Origin: Acidobacteriota bacterium
Lineage (GTDB): Bacteria > Acidobacteriota > UBA6911 > RPQK01 > JAJDTT01
Direction: 5' to 3'
DNA: 64,000 nucleotides
NCBI GenBank assembly: GCA_965209055.1
Contig: OZ242374.1
Coordinates: forward strand, 3,040,001 to 3,104,000
This document shows, piece by piece, positions 20,001-30,249 of the stretch. Position numbers and translations under genes: made by a program. Position 1 is the first letter of the stretch, and each line of letters opens with the position of its first letter. The notes beneath the pieces are model-generated. The model was given only the letters and a program-made list of their open reading frames with translations. It made no database searches and was not told where the DNA came from.

Positions 20001-22016
20001 ATGAAGGGTCTCCCTGATCCCGAGTCTCTGCTGCGGGTCGGGATCGACACCGGCGGCACCTTCACCGATTTCGTGGTCTGCCGCGAAGGCCGGATCGAAT
20101 CCCTCAAGCTGCCCTCGACGCCGGCGACGCCGGAAAAGGCAGTCCTGGAGGGGTTGGCCCGCATTCTCGGCGACGCCCCCGCTCTGGTTCAACACGGCTT
20201 CACCGTCGGCACCAACGCCTTGCTGGAGCGCAAGGGGGCCAAGATCCTTCTGGTGACGACCGAGGGTTTCCAGGACATTCTGGAGATCGGCCGCCAGAAC
20301 CGGGCGCATCTGTACAATCTGACCGCCGGCCGGGTCGCCCCGCTGGTCCCCCGCAGCCGGCGCATCGGAATCCAGGAGCGGACGCTTCACGACGGCGCGC
20401 GGCTGGAGCCGCTGAAACGGGAGACTCTGGACCGGCTCCTGGAAAGGGTGCGGCGCCAGTCGCCCCAGGCCGTCGCGGTAGTCCTGCTGCACAGCTACAT
20501 CAATCCACGCCACGAGGACCTGGTCGGCAAGGCGTTGCGGGACACCGGAATACCGGTCAGCCTCTCCAGCCGCATCCTGCCCGAGTTTCGCGAATACGAG
20601 CGCACGTCGGCGACGGTCATCAACGCCTACCTGACGCCGGTGGTCGACCGCTATCTGGACGCTTTGAGCTCGAGCCCGTTGCTGGAGGGGGGCCGTCTCT
20701 CGGTCATGCAGTCCAACGGGGGGACGGTGCCGCTGGCGTCGACTTCCGTCGATCCGGTGAGAACTCTCTTTTCGGGACCGGCCGGAGGCGTCGTGGGAGC
20801 CTTCAAGCTGGCCCGGCAGGCCGGCTACGGCCGGATCATCACCTTGGACATGGGGGGCACGTCCACGGATGTCTGCCTCTGCGACCAGCGGGTCCCCAGC
20901 ACGGGAGAGGCCGAGGTGGACCGCCTTCCCCTGCCCGTCCAGACGATTCCCATTCGTTCCGTCGGCGCGGGCGGAGGCTCCATTGCATGGGTCGATTCCG
21001 GAGGGCTGCTGCGGGTGGGTCCCCGAAGCGCAGGGTCCCGTCCGGGTCCCGTCTGCTACGGGAGGGGGCGGAGCATCACCGTGACCGACGCCAACCTCTT
21101 TTTGGGCAGAATCGACGCCGAGCGCTTTCTGGGCGGAGAGATGAGACTCGATTCAGACCGGTTGCCCAAGTACCTGAAACAGCTTTCCAACCGGCTCCAG
21201 GAGCATTCCTGGTCGCCCGAGGAGCTTTCCGAGGGAATCATCAAGATCGCCAACACCCAGATGGAAACGGCCTTGCGCGTGATCTCCCTGGAAAAGGGCT
21301 ACGACACCCGGGACTTCACACTGGTGAGCTACGGGGGCGCGGGCGGGCTCCACGCCTGCGAGCTGGCCCGGTCTCTGATGATTCCGCGGGTCATGGTTCC
21401 TCCCAGCCCGGGTCTGGTCTCCGCTTGGGGGATGATGGACTCGCAGGTCGTCCGGGACCTCTCCCGTACCGTCCGTCTCACCTTCAGCAACGCCAGCGTG
21501 GCCCGCCGCCTCCGGAAGAGGGTGGCGCCCCTGGTGGATCGGGCGCGCCGCCAGTTGGTTCGGGATGGGTTTGAGGAGAAGCGGATCGAGGTGCAGCGGA
21601 GCGTGGACCTTCGCTACCTGGGACAGGGTTACGAAATCAACGTCCCCTACTCACGCAACTTGTTGCGGGCTTTTCACAAGAAGCATGAGAGGCTCTACGG
21701 GTACTCCAATCCCGGTCTCTCCGTGGAGGTGGTGACACTGCGCGTTCGGGCCTTCGGCAACCATTCCGAGTTGCCGCTTCCGGAGGCCGCCGCCATCCCG
21801 AAGAAGCGGCCCCGGGCCATTGCCCAAGGAAAAAGAAAGGTTTTCTTCGGGCGAAAGCGCCGTGTGACCCGCTTCTACGATCGCGACCGGCTACGGCCCG
21901 GAACGCGGCTCAAGTCGCCCGCCGTGATCAGCGAATACAGCGCCACCACTTTGATTCCTCCCGGATTCAAGGGTCGTGTGGACCGCTGGCGGAACCTGAT
22001 TCTGGAGCCTGCTTAG
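20001..22016 (+). CDS. Hydantoinase/5-oxoprolinase A subunit (ATP-dependent)
   Basis: GIDTGGTFTD, EFREYERTS, SGPAGG, DMGGTSTDV, GAGGGSIA and YGGAGGLH. Confidence 0.93.
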   Translation: MKGLPDPESLLRVGIDTGGTFTDFVVCREGRIESLKLPSTPATPEKAVLEGLARILGDAPALVQHGFTVGTNALLERKGAKILLVTTEGFQDILEIGRQNRAHLYNLTAGRVAPLVPRSRRIGIQERTLHDGARLEPLKRETLDRLLERVRRQSPQAVAVVLLHSYINPRHEDLVGKALRDTGIPVSLSSRILPEFREYERTSATVINAYLTPVVDRYLDALSSSPLLEGGRLSVMQSNGGTVPLASTSVDPVRTLFSGPAGGVVGAFKLARQAGYGRIITLDMGGTSTDVCLCDQRVPSTGEAEVDRLPLPVQTIPIRSVGAGGGSIAWVDSGGLLRVGPRSAGSRPGPVCYGRGRSITVTDANLFLGRIDAERFLGGEMRLDSDRLPKYLKQLSNRLQEHSWSPEELSEGIIKIANTQMETALRVISLEKGYDTRDFTLVSYGGAGGLHACELARSLMIPRVMVPPSPGLVSAWGMMDSQVVRDLSRTVRLTFSNASVARRLRKRVAPLVDRARRQLVRDGFEEKRIEVQRSVDLRYLGQGYEINVPYSRNLLRAFHKKHERLYGYSNPGLSVEVVTLRVRAFGNHSELPLPEAAAIPKKRPRAIAQGKRKVFFGRKRRVTRFYDRDRLRPGTRLKSPAVISEYSATTLIPPGFKGRVDRWRNLILEPA

Positions 22017-22725
22017 CCCTGCCGAAGGAGATGTGGTACAGCAGGACTCCCGCCGCCACCGACAGGTTCAGGGATGCGACCCGTCCCTGCATGGGCAGGG
22101 CCGCGAGGTAGTCGCACTGCCGGCGCACGAGTCGGCGCAGACCCTGGTGTTCACCCCCCACGACCACCACCAGCCGCAGCGTGGTGTCGATCTGGTTCAG
22201 GCCGGTCGAGCCCTTCGGATCCAGACCCACGATCCAGAATCCCGCCTGCTTGAGTTGGTCCAGGGTGCGAGACAAGTTGGAGACACGGCAGATCTTCAGA
22301 TGAAGGGCGGCTCCGGCGCTGGCGGTGACGACGCCGGAAGTAATGGAGCAGGAACGGCGTCGCGGGATCAGAACTCCGTCGACGCCGACGGCCTCCGCGG
22401 TTCTCAGGAGAGCCCCCAGATTGTTGGGGTCCTGGACGCCGTCGACGGCGAGCAGCAAGCTCGGCCTCTGCTCCAGGATCGACTCGAGAGGGACCGGCGC
22501 AGCCCCGGAAACCCGGGCCGAGACCTCCTCGTGACGCTGCCGCCGGCCGGCGGCTGAAGACCGGGACACGGCCTCGACTTCGACCGGAATGCCGCGGCGG
22601 CGAGCCGCTTGGACGATTCCCTGCAGTCTTGGATTCAGACTCCGCCTCCGGATCAGAATCTTCTCGACCTTGGGAATCTCCGCCGCCAGCGCCTCCCGGA
22701 CGGCATGGACCCCGTGAACGATCAT
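21967..22725 (-). CDS. rlmB: 23S rRNA Gm2251 methyltransferase (SpoU/TrmH family)
   Basis: DGVQDPNNLGALLRTA, GGEHQGL and LPMQGRVASLNLSVA. Confidence 0.9.
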   Translation of the reverse strand: MIVHGVHAVREALAAEIPKVEKILIRRRSLNPRLQGIVQAARRRGIPVEVEAVSRSSAAGRRQRHEEVSARVSGAAPVPLESILEQRPSLLLAVDGVQDPNNLGALLRTAEAVGVDGVLIPRRRSCSITSGVVTASAGAALHLKICRVSNLSRTLDQLKQAGFWIVGLDPKGSTGLNQIDTTLRLVVVVGGEHQGLRRLVRRQCDYLAALPMQGRVASLNLSVAAGVLLYHISFGRAKQAPESGSASGPHDP

Positions 22726-22890
22726 GAGACGGGATCAGGATTGAAAACCGGCGTCATGGCCGGAGTATACACTCGGAGCCAGAGTGGGAAGGAGCCAGCA
22801 CGAGACTGAACGGCCGGTCCGGCCCGGTGAAATACCGGGAGAAAAAGGGGTGGTCCGGGAGCAGTCGCAGTTTCGGGGATTTGCCGCGGA

Positions 22891-22919
22891 TTGACTATCG
22901 TGATGACGATGCCTACAAT
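22891..22919 (+). promoter_or_regulatory. sigma70 promoter for the OM barrel gene
   Basis: TTGACT-N17-TACAAT, 20 nt before ATG 22940. Confidence 0.7.
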
Positions 22920-22939
22920 GTGCAATTGAAAGAAAACTT

Positions 22940-24724
22940 ATGGCCTGTCCTTCAATAGGTCGCTTTTCAGTTCGCCTGATTCTCGTCTGCGCCCTCATAG
23001 CTCTGTCCGGAGTATCGGCGCGGGCGTCCGCCCGGGGACAACTCCTGGGGCTGGTGCAAGACGAATCCGGGCTTCCGGTTTCCGACGTTCTGGTCACTCT
23101 GACGGAAGACTCCTCCGACGAGGGCCTGCCCGTTCTCACCCGCAGCGACGCTTCGGGGCGCCTGTTCTTCAAGAATATGAGGGCGGGTTCCTACAGAGTC
23201 CTGGTCAAGAGCAGTCAGTACGCGGTGCGGAAGGCGGCTCCGGTGGAGATTCGTCCCGGGCAGACGGCGGTGATGACCCTGGTGTTGCAGGATCTGCTGG
23301 ACGTCGAAGGGCTGGGAGGCCGAAACGTCAGCTTCAAGGCGCTGTTTCGCAACGCCGACCCCCGGCTTATTTTCCGCCATCTTCCCGAGCTGCTGGAAGG
23401 AAAGACCAATCCCTGGTTCGAAAGCGCGGTTTTCCAGGTTTATTCCAATGCCGGCCATGGCGGCGACTATCTCCGCCTTCCCGACGACTCCGCGGGCGCG
23501 ACCACGGCAAACTTCGCCATGGTGCAGAGCCTGCCCGGCGGCCGCGACTACATCTTCGCGGGCCAGTTGAATTCGGGCGAGGATGCGCTCTGGCGGATCA
23601 AGGCGTTCATGGACCAGTCGCTGAGCGAGCGGCACTCGATCAGGTTGTACCTGGGCCACGGCCGGATCGGCGTCCACCAACCCAGAATGGCCCTGTTGGG
23701 GAATCCTGGCTCCCTGGGGCGCGACCTGGATTTCACCAATGCCGCCGGCACCACCAACATCCTCAGCGTGGGTTTTGAAGACCGGTTCTCGTGGGGCGAC
23801 ACGCTGGACCTGAACTGGGGGCTGGAGCTGAACAGGGTCCGGTCGACCTACAACTATTCGACACTGAGTCCGAGTGCCGAGTTGACCCTGCGACCGGTCC
23901 CCCGAGCCCGTCTGCGCCTCACCATGGCGTCGAAACGGCCCGCTCTCTACCAGAATTCCGTGACTCTGGAGGACGGCCGTTCCCTGGGCCTCTCGGATGC
24001 CGTCAAGATCTCCTGGATCGACAACCGATTGGAATTCGGCACCTCGCGCCACTTCCAGGGCAGCATGTCCTACACGCTCTGGGACGACACCGAGTTGGAG
24101 CTGGTCCGCTTCCAGGACCAGTTCTTCGGCGGAACCGTCCCCTTCATGGCCTTTTTCGCGAATTCTCCGGACCCGGACCTGGTTCGGCTGACCGATGATC
24201 AGGCCCGGACCTGGGGCAATCGGTTGACGCTGCGGCAGGGAATCAGCCGCAATGTTCGAGCCGGTGTTTCCTATATCCGCGGCTCGGCCGTCAGTGTGAT
24301 TCCTGCCGGGTACACGCTGGTGCTGGAAACGCCGGATGTCGGCGCACTGTTGAAACGAAGAGGTTACGGTGCTGTCGCTTCCGAACTGGGCGTGCTCATC
24401 CCGACGACTCGGACCGAGTTGACGGCCGTGGTCAAGTTCGTGACGGATGGAGATCCCGTGACCCCGTTGAACGCTCTCTCGGATGTCTACGAGACTGGCA
24501 ACAAGGGTCTGAATCTCTTTATTCGCCAGCTCATTCCCATTCCCGACAGCGTCTTGAGTTTTCTCGGCCTGGACTTCCTCAACGGACGTCAGATCGAGGC
24601 ACTGCTGGATATCCGCAATCTCACCAATGAGGACCTTGGCGTGATCTCCAACGGTCCGGGTGGAAGCGTCGTCCTGGCCCAGGACCCAAGGTCCCTTCGG
24701 GGAGGAGTCACGGTCAGGTTCTGA
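22940..24724 (+). CDS. Outer-membrane protein: carboxypeptidase-regulatory-like domain plus TonB-dependent-receptor-like beta-barrel
   Basis: Signal peptide, G.V.DESGLPV..V.VTL...SDASGR.....GSY.V pattern, amphipathic strands and C-terminal GVTVRF. Confidence 0.7.
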   Translation: MACPSIGRFSVRLILVCALIALSGVSARASARGQLLGLVQDESGLPVSDVLVTLTEDSSDEGLPVLTRSDASGRLFFKNMRAGSYRVLVKSSQYAVRKAAPVEIRPGQTAVMTLVLQDLLDVEGLGGRNVSFKALFRNADPRLIFRHLPELLEGKTNPWFESAVFQVYSNAGHGGDYLRLPDDSAGATTANFAMVQSLPGGRDYIFAGQLNSGEDALWRIKAFMDQSLSERHSIRLYLGHGRIGVHQPRMALLGNPGSLGRDLDFTNAAGTTNILSVGFEDRFSWGDTLDLNWGLELNRVRSTYNYSTLSPSAELTLRPVPRARLRLTMASKRPALYQNSVTLEDGRSLGLSDAVKISWIDNRLEFGTSRHFQGSMSYTLWDDTELELVRFQDQFFGGTVPFMAFFANSPDPDLVRLTDDQARTWGNRLTLRQGISRNVRAGVSYIRGSAVSVIPAGYTLVLETPDVGALLKRRGYGAVASELGVLIPTTRTELTAVVKFVTDGDPVTPLNALSDVYETGNKGLNLFIRQLIPIPDSVLSFLGLDFLNGRQIEALLDIRNLTNEDLGVISNGPGGSVVLAQDPRSLRGGVTVRF

Positions 24725-24798
24725 TTTCCCACCGCTGTCCCTGCCATTGTCGGAAGCGGGACTCCCGGCAAGCTCCGATCCAAGGGCCCATGTCGACA

Positions 24799-24835
24799 AT
24801 CCAATTTATTGGATCTCATACGAGAGATTGGATCT
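24799..24835. promoter_or_regulatory. Candidate upstream activator sequence (bEBP binding site)
   Basis: Palindrome ATCCAAT-TT-ATTGGAT (24799-24814) and a repeated half-site ATTGGATCT (24827-24835), about 90-120 bp upstream of the sigma54 promoter. Confidence 0.55.
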
Positions 24836-24920
24836 GAACCCGTGTCAATGGCGCGCCGGCTTCCTCGCACGGCCGAGTATCCCTCTTCTTCCCCAGACAT
24901 TTCGGGTGTGGACCGACAGG

Positions 24921-24936
24921 TGGCACCGATCTTGCG
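24921..24936 (+). promoter_or_regulatory. sigma54 (-24/-12) promoter
   Basis: TGGCAC-CGATC-TTGCG, an exact TGGCAC-N5-TTGC match, 90 nt upstream of the kinase gene. Confidence 0.8.
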
Positions 24937-25026
24937 AGTAACAGATGGGGAGTTGGAGGGACTGTGAAAAGCGCCGCAGACGTGTGCATCGTTTCCGTTG
25001 ACGGCCGTTTCTGAGGGGAGCCGTTC

Positions 25027-27894
25027 ATGCTTCGTGGCTTCCAACTGAAGGCTATCCTGGTCGTCCTGGCCTCTGCCGTCGCCGTCTATGTCGGCGTCCT
25101 GAATCTTCTGGACCGGTCGACCTGGGGCGAGGTCTCCGACGGAATCGTCTGGACCGAAGGAAGTAGCGGGGACGTCCTCGCCCACCGGATCCACGATCCG
25201 GGGGCCGGTGGCCCGCGTGCCGGAATCGAGCCGGGAGACCGGCTGGTGGAACTGGGGGGTATCGAGATCCGGTCTCTCGACGACTACGTCGAAGTGATGG
25301 AAGTCTTGGCCGGGTCCGGTTCCATTGGCATGCCGGCGACCTATCTGGTCCAGAAAACACCGGGAGGCGACCCGCGCCAACACCAGGTGCAACTGGAGGT
25401 TGAGCCGGGACTCGGCCGGACCGACGGTCTTCTGGTGCTTGTCGCGCTGCTCCATCTGGCCATCGGATTGTTCGTTTTCCTGCGCAAGCACGAGTCGGCG
25501 GGCGCGCTCCACTTTTTTGTGCTGTGCCTGGTCTCGTTCTGCCTCTATCTGTACCGGTACTCGGGTCGCAGCGATTCCTTCGATCTCCTGGTTTATTGGA
25601 TCGGATCGGTGGCGCTGCTGGTCCTTCCTCCCTTGTTTCTCCACTTCTGCGCGACGTTTCCCGAGGCCCAACGATGGCTGGACCGCCGGGGAAGGCTGGG
25701 TGTTGCCTTCTATCTGCCGGCGTTCGTGCTTTTGGCCATCCATGTGGCCTGGTTCCTGGGATCCCTGCAGCCGTTGGGGTTGCCGCGAAGTCCGGGGGTC
25801 GCTCACTTTTTTGACAAGATTCACCTGTCCCATTTGGGAATCTTCTTTTGTCTCGGAGCCGGTTTGCTCATCCAGTCCGGCCGGCAGGCGCGGACTCCCC
25901 TTCACCGCAGGCAGATGATGTGGGTTTCCCATGGGACCCTCATCGCCCTGGCTCCGTTTTTGATTCTGTATGCCGGACCCTATTTCATGGGTTTCCCCAT
26001 ACATCCCGTCATGGAGATGTCGATCCTGAGTCTGGCGCTCCTTCCCTTGTGTTTCGGTTACGCCATCATCCGCTACCGGTTGATGGACGTTGAGTTGATC
26101 TTTCGCGAAAGCGCGGCCTACGTCCTGGCCAGTTGGGTCCTCCTGGTCTTTTACGTGGGGGTGGTCCTGCTGGTCGGTGGGACGCTGTTCGGACTCTCTC
26201 CCCATTCCGATTTCTCGGTGTTCGCCGTTTCGGCCTTGGTGGCGGCTTTCCTGTTCGCACCGGTGAAGGACAAGATTCAGCAGCGGTTGGACCGCTACTA
26301 CTATCCGGAGACCTATGATTACCGTCAGTCTTTTGCGGATTTCGGCAAGAGCCTGAACTCGGAGTTCAGCCTGCCGCGTTTGGCGGAGCGAGTTTGCGCC
26401 CGGATCGAGCAGACCTTCACGGTCCGTCCCGTGGCCGTCTTTCTCCGCTCCCCGGAACGGCCCGGCAGGTTCTTCCTATACCACTCCCTCGGCGTCAACG
26501 GCGGCCTTGACCAGGAAAGTCCGATACTGCTGCCGGCTCCAGCTTGGGGCGGCGGCCACGGCCGGGCGGAGCGGGTGGCGCCGGATTTCGGCGGCAGGGA
26601 TGAGGAGGCGGGATACCGGACCCGGCTGGCGGCCTTGGGAATCCGGACTCTCCAGCCCCTTGAGACCCATGGCCGCGTCATCGGCCAGTTGGGACTGGGG
26701 GATCGCGCCAACGGCGACGCCTTGAACAGCGAAGATTTGGAGTTGCTGGCGGCGCTGGCCGGTTATGCGGCGACTGCCATGGACAACGCCGTGCTCTACC
26801 GTTCGTTGGAAACCAAGGCGGGCGAACTGCAAAGACTCAAGAGCTACAACGAAAGCGTCATCCAGAGCATCACCGCGGGAGTGGTGGTGGTCGATTCGGA
26901 AGGCGCGGTCCGAGTCTGGAACTCGTTCATGGAGACGTTCTACGGTCTGGAGGCGAGCCAGGCGGTGGGCCGGAGCATCGACCATGTCTTTCCCTCGGAC
27001 CTGCTCCGATCCGTGACGGAAGCGCTGGGCAGGTCTCGCTGGCGGATTCCGAAGGTGGCACGCCTGGACAAGACGCGTCTCAAGTCCTCCTCAGGCGAGG
27101 AGCGCCTCGTGAATGTCCATCTCTCGCCCTTCGTGGCCCAGGATGACGTCCTTACCGGAACTCTTCTGCTCTTCGACGACGTCACGGAGAAGCAGCAGTT
27201 GGAGGATCAACTGGTCCAGGCGGAGAAGCTCACCTCCATCGGCCTCTTGGCGGCGGGCGTGGCGCATGAGGTCAATACCCCTCTGGCCGGGATCTCGAGC
27301 TACACGCAGTTGCTGCTGGATTCGACCCCTTCTTCCGATTCCCGGCGCGACCTGTTGGAGAAGATCGAAAAACAGAGCTTTCGAGCCTCGCGGATCGTCA
27401 ACAACCTGGTCAATTTCGCCCGTGTCCGGGACGGCGAATTCCGTGAAGTCAACGTCAATTCCCTGATGCTGGAGACGGTGTCCCTCCTGGAGCATCAACT
27501 CTGGAGCCAGGGGGTGGAGGTCAGTCTCCACCTCGATCCCGCTCTGCCCCGCACCCGGGGCCATGAGGGCAAGCTGCAGCAGGTTTTCGTCAATTTGCTG
27601 ATGAATGCCAAGGACGCCATGCCGGACGGAGGGAGCATCACGGTCCGCACCTCCCACCGGAACTCAGGGCTCCTGGTGGAGGTGGTAGACAGTGGAAAGG
27701 GCATTCCCGGAGACGTTCTGCACCGAATCTACGACCCTTTCTTCACCACCAAGGACGTCGGCAAGGGAACCGGTCTGGGACTCTCGGTCTGTTATGGAAT
27801 CGTGCAGGAGCATGAGGGCCGGATTCAGGCGAGAAGCCAAGCGGGCGAGGGAAGCACGTTCACAGTCCATCTGCCCGTGAAAAGGGTTCAATGA
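25027..27894 (+). CDS. Sensor histidine kinase (PDZ, multi-TM, GAF, PAS, HisKA, HATPase)
   Basis: PDZ-like RAGIEPGDRLVELGG, about 8 TM helices, GAF end EDLELLAALAGYAATAMDNA, AHEVNTPL, QVFVNLLMNA and FFTTKDVGKGTGLGL. Confidence 0.9.
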   Translation: MLRGFQLKAILVVLASAVAVYVGVLNLLDRSTWGEVSDGIVWTEGSSGDVLAHRIHDPGAGGPRAGIEPGDRLVELGGIEIRSLDDYVEVMEVLAGSGSIGMPATYLVQKTPGGDPRQHQVQLEVEPGLGRTDGLLVLVALLHLAIGLFVFLRKHESAGALHFFVLCLVSFCLYLYRYSGRSDSFDLLVYWIGSVALLVLPPLFLHFCATFPEAQRWLDRRGRLGVAFYLPAFVLLAIHVAWFLGSLQPLGLPRSPGVAHFFDKIHLSHLGIFFCLGAGLLIQSGRQARTPLHRRQMMWVSHGTLIALAPFLILYAGPYFMGFPIHPVMEMSILSLALLPLCFGYAIIRYRLMDVELIFRESAAYVLASWVLLVFYVGVVLLVGGTLFGLSPHSDFSVFAVSALVAAFLFAPVKDKIQQRLDRYYYPETYDYRQSFADFGKSLNSEFSLPRLAERVCARIEQTFTVRPVAVFLRSPERPGRFFLYHSLGVNGGLDQESPILLPAPAWGGGHGRAERVAPDFGGRDEEAGYRTRLAALGIRTLQPLETHGRVIGQLGLGDRANGDALNSEDLELLAALAGYAATAMDNAVLYRSLETKAGELQRLKSYNESVIQSITAGVVVVDSEGAVRVWNSFMETFYGLEASQAVGRSIDHVFPSDLLRSVTEALGRSRWRIPKVARLDKTRLKSSSGEERLVNVHLSPFVAQDDVLTGTLLLFDDVTEKQQLEDQLVQAEKLTSIGLLAAGVAHEVNTPLAGISSYTQLLLDSTPSSDSRRDLLEKIEKQSFRASRIVNNLVNFARVRDGEFREVNVNSLMLETVSLLEHQLWSQGVEVSLHLDPALPRTRGHEGKLQQVFVNLLMNAKDAMPDGGSITVRTSHRNSGLLVEVVDSGKGIPGDVLHRIYDPFFTTKDVGKGTGLGLSVCYGIVQEHEGRIQARSQAGEGSTFTVHLPVKRVQ

Positions 27895-29279
27895 CATCCC
27901 GGTCCACGGTTCTGATCATCGACGACGAAGAGATCATGCGGGAGGTCTTCTCGCGAGTCGTCGCCGGCGGCGGTCACCAGGTTCTCCTTGCTTCCTCGGG
28001 GGAGGAGGGCGTCGAGTTGATTCGACGCGAGCCGGTGGATCTGGTGCTCCTGGATCTCATGCTTCCCGGCATCGGCGGACTTGAGACGCTGGAGACGATC
28101 CTGGAGCTGGATCCTGACCTGGCCGTCATCATGGTCACGGCCTATGCGTCCATTGAAAACGCGGTGCAGGCGACCCGGCTGGGAGCGTTCGACTTCGTGA
28201 CCAAACCGTTTCGCAACGAAGAGTTGCTGCTGGTCATCAAGAACGGCATCCGGCAACGGCGACTCGAGTTGGAGAATCGCCAGCTCAAGTCCAGTCTCCA
28301 TCGCCGTCAGGGTCACTTCCAGAACATCGTCGGCAAGAGCGAGCCGATCCGGCGGGTCACGGAACTCATTACCCAGGTGGGCCCGGGCCGCAGCACGGTT
28401 TTGATCACGGGGGAGAGCGGCACCGGGAAGGAATTGGTCGCCAAGGCCGTTCACAATCTGAGTCCCCGGCGCGACCGGGCCTTCGTCCCGGTCAACAGCG
28501 GCTCGATTCCCTCCGAGCTCTTGGAGAGTGAACTCTTCGGGCACGTGAAGGGAGCTTTTACCGGCGCCACGGCCACCAAGAAGGGGCTGTTCGAGATCGC
28601 CCATGGGGGCACGATTTTCCTGGACGAGATCGATACCGTTCCGGTGCAGACCCAGGCCAAGCTGTTGCGGGTTCTGCAGGAAAGGGAATTCCGTCCCGTG
28701 GGTGGCGTGCGGAACACCAAGGTCGACGTGAGAATCGTGGCCGCCACCAACGTGGACTTGAAGCGGGCGGTCAGGGAAGGCCGATTCCGAGAGGACCTCT
28801 ACTACCGCCTCAAGGTCATCACCCTGGACGTGGCGCCGTTGCGCGACCGGAAGGATGACATCCCTCTGCTGGCCCACCACTTCCTGACCCGCTTCAGCCG
28901 CGAGAACGGGAAGACGATGAAATCCATCGACCAGGACGCGCTCAGGGTCTTGATGAACTACGACTGGCCCGGAAACGTCAGGGAACTGGAGAACGCCATC
29001 GAACGTGCAGTGGTACTCTCCGGGACCAGCGCAAGCGTCCGATCGGATCTGCTTCCCCGGGAAATTCTGAATTCGATCTCGGGCCGGCTGGATGGAATCC
29101 CGCCGCAATCCCAGAACGGTTCCCTCAGGGAACTGGTGCTTGAATTTGAGCGCAATCTGATTCTGCTGGCGCTGGAACGGGCTGATTGGAACCAGAGGAA
29201 GGCGGCCAGCCTTCTCAAGGTCAAACCGACCACCCTGAATGCCAAACTGAAACGCCTGCAGGTCAGGATCCCCTCCTGA
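27891..29279 (+). CDS. sigma54-dependent response regulator (NtrC/AtoC family)
   Basis: REC domain, GESGTGKE, intact GAFTGA, FLDEI, WPGNVRELEN and Fis HTH; ATGA overlap with the kinase. Confidence 0.95.
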   Translation: MTSRSTVLIIDDEEIMREVFSRVVAGGGHQVLLASSGEEGVELIRREPVDLVLLDLMLPGIGGLETLETILELDPDLAVIMVTAYASIENAVQATRLGAFDFVTKPFRNEELLLVIKNGIRQRRLELENRQLKSSLHRRQGHFQNIVGKSEPIRRVTELITQVGPGRSTVLITGESGTGKELVAKAVHNLSPRRDRAFVPVNSGSIPSELLESELFGHVKGAFTGATATKKGLFEIAHGGTIFLDEIDTVPVQTQAKLLRVLQEREFRPVGGVRNTKVDVRIVAATNVDLKRAVREGRFREDLYYRLKVITLDVAPLRDRKDDIPLLAHHFLTRFSRENGKTMKSIDQDALRVLMNYDWPGNVRELENAIERAVVLSGTSASVRSDLLPREILNSISGRLDGIPPQSQNGSLRELVLEFERNLILLALERADWNQRKAASLLKVKPTTLNAKLKRLQVRIPS

Positions 29280-29568
29280 CGTTCTGAGGAAAAGGAAAAC
29301 AGGACAGAGAAAAGAGTAAGGCCTGGGCGAAGTTTGCGCGCTTCGGAGCACGACATTGCCACCGCGAAAAACCACTTGGGAGAGGCTGCTTCCGGCTCCG
29401 GGCCGGTTTGACTTGCCCGGCGAAGCGGGGCTATCATGATTTTTTCTTACGAGTGCCACGGGGTCGGATACCGGACTCTTTGGACTGAATTGATACTTCC
29501 ACCGACTTTTGCAGTCTAATTTACTCAAGCAGATCGGTTTGTTGTTCGGACAATAGGAGGACAGGACA

Positions 29569-30249
29569 GTGGTAGTAGCAATCGGGGGAACCCTGTGGAG
29601 TTATTTCCAGCAGGGCGGTCCCATGATGTACGCCCTCCTTCTCTGTTCCATAGTCGCGTTGATATTCATCTTCGAACGGATGATCACGTACTACCGGGTT
29701 CAAGGAACCACGGCGGACATCTTCTCGTCGGTCCGCCAGGCGTTGCTGGACGGGGATCTTCGCCACTCCCTGGAGGTTTGCGAGTCCTATACCCACCCCG
29801 TCGCCAGCACTCTGAAGTCGGGTCTGCTCAGGTACGGAAAGCCGCACTACGAGATCGAGAAGGCGATGGAGAGCCTGGCTCTTCACGAGGTTTCCAATCT
29901 GGAAAAGGGACTCTGGATCCTGGGAACGGTGGCCAATATTGCCCCGTTGTTCGGATTCCTGGGAACCGTCACCGGCATGATCGCGTCGTTTGAGGCGTTG
30001 GCGGAGGTGGGGCTTGGAAACCCGCAGGCGGTGGCGGGGGGCATCGCCGAGGCCCTGGTGACCACGGCGACGGGACTCATCGTCGCTCTCCCGGTCCAGG
30101 CCGCGTACAACTACTTCAGCAACCGGGTCTCGATCCTGGGCCTGGACATGGAGACGAGTTCCTCCATGCTGCTGGAGACGTTCAACGAGTTGGAGGAGAG
30201 GCAGGGTGGAAGAGGCCGGCTGACGGAAGCGGCCCCGAGTGATTCCTGA
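29569..30249 (+). CDS. exbB: MotA/TolQ/ExbB proton-channel protein
   Basis: APLFGFLGTVTGMI and GGIAEALVTTATGL; AGGAGG RBS upstream. Confidence 0.9.
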   Translation: MVVAIGGTLWSYFQQGGPMMYALLLCSIVALIFIFERMITYYRVQGTTADIFSSVRQALLDGDLRHSLEVCESYTHPVASTLKSGLLRYGKPHYEIEKAMESLALHEVSNLEKGLWILGTVANIAPLFGFLGTVTGMIASFEALAEVGLGNPQAVAGGIAEALVTTATGLIVALPVQAAYNYFSNRVSILGLDMETSSSMLLETFNELEERQGGRGRLTEAAPSDS

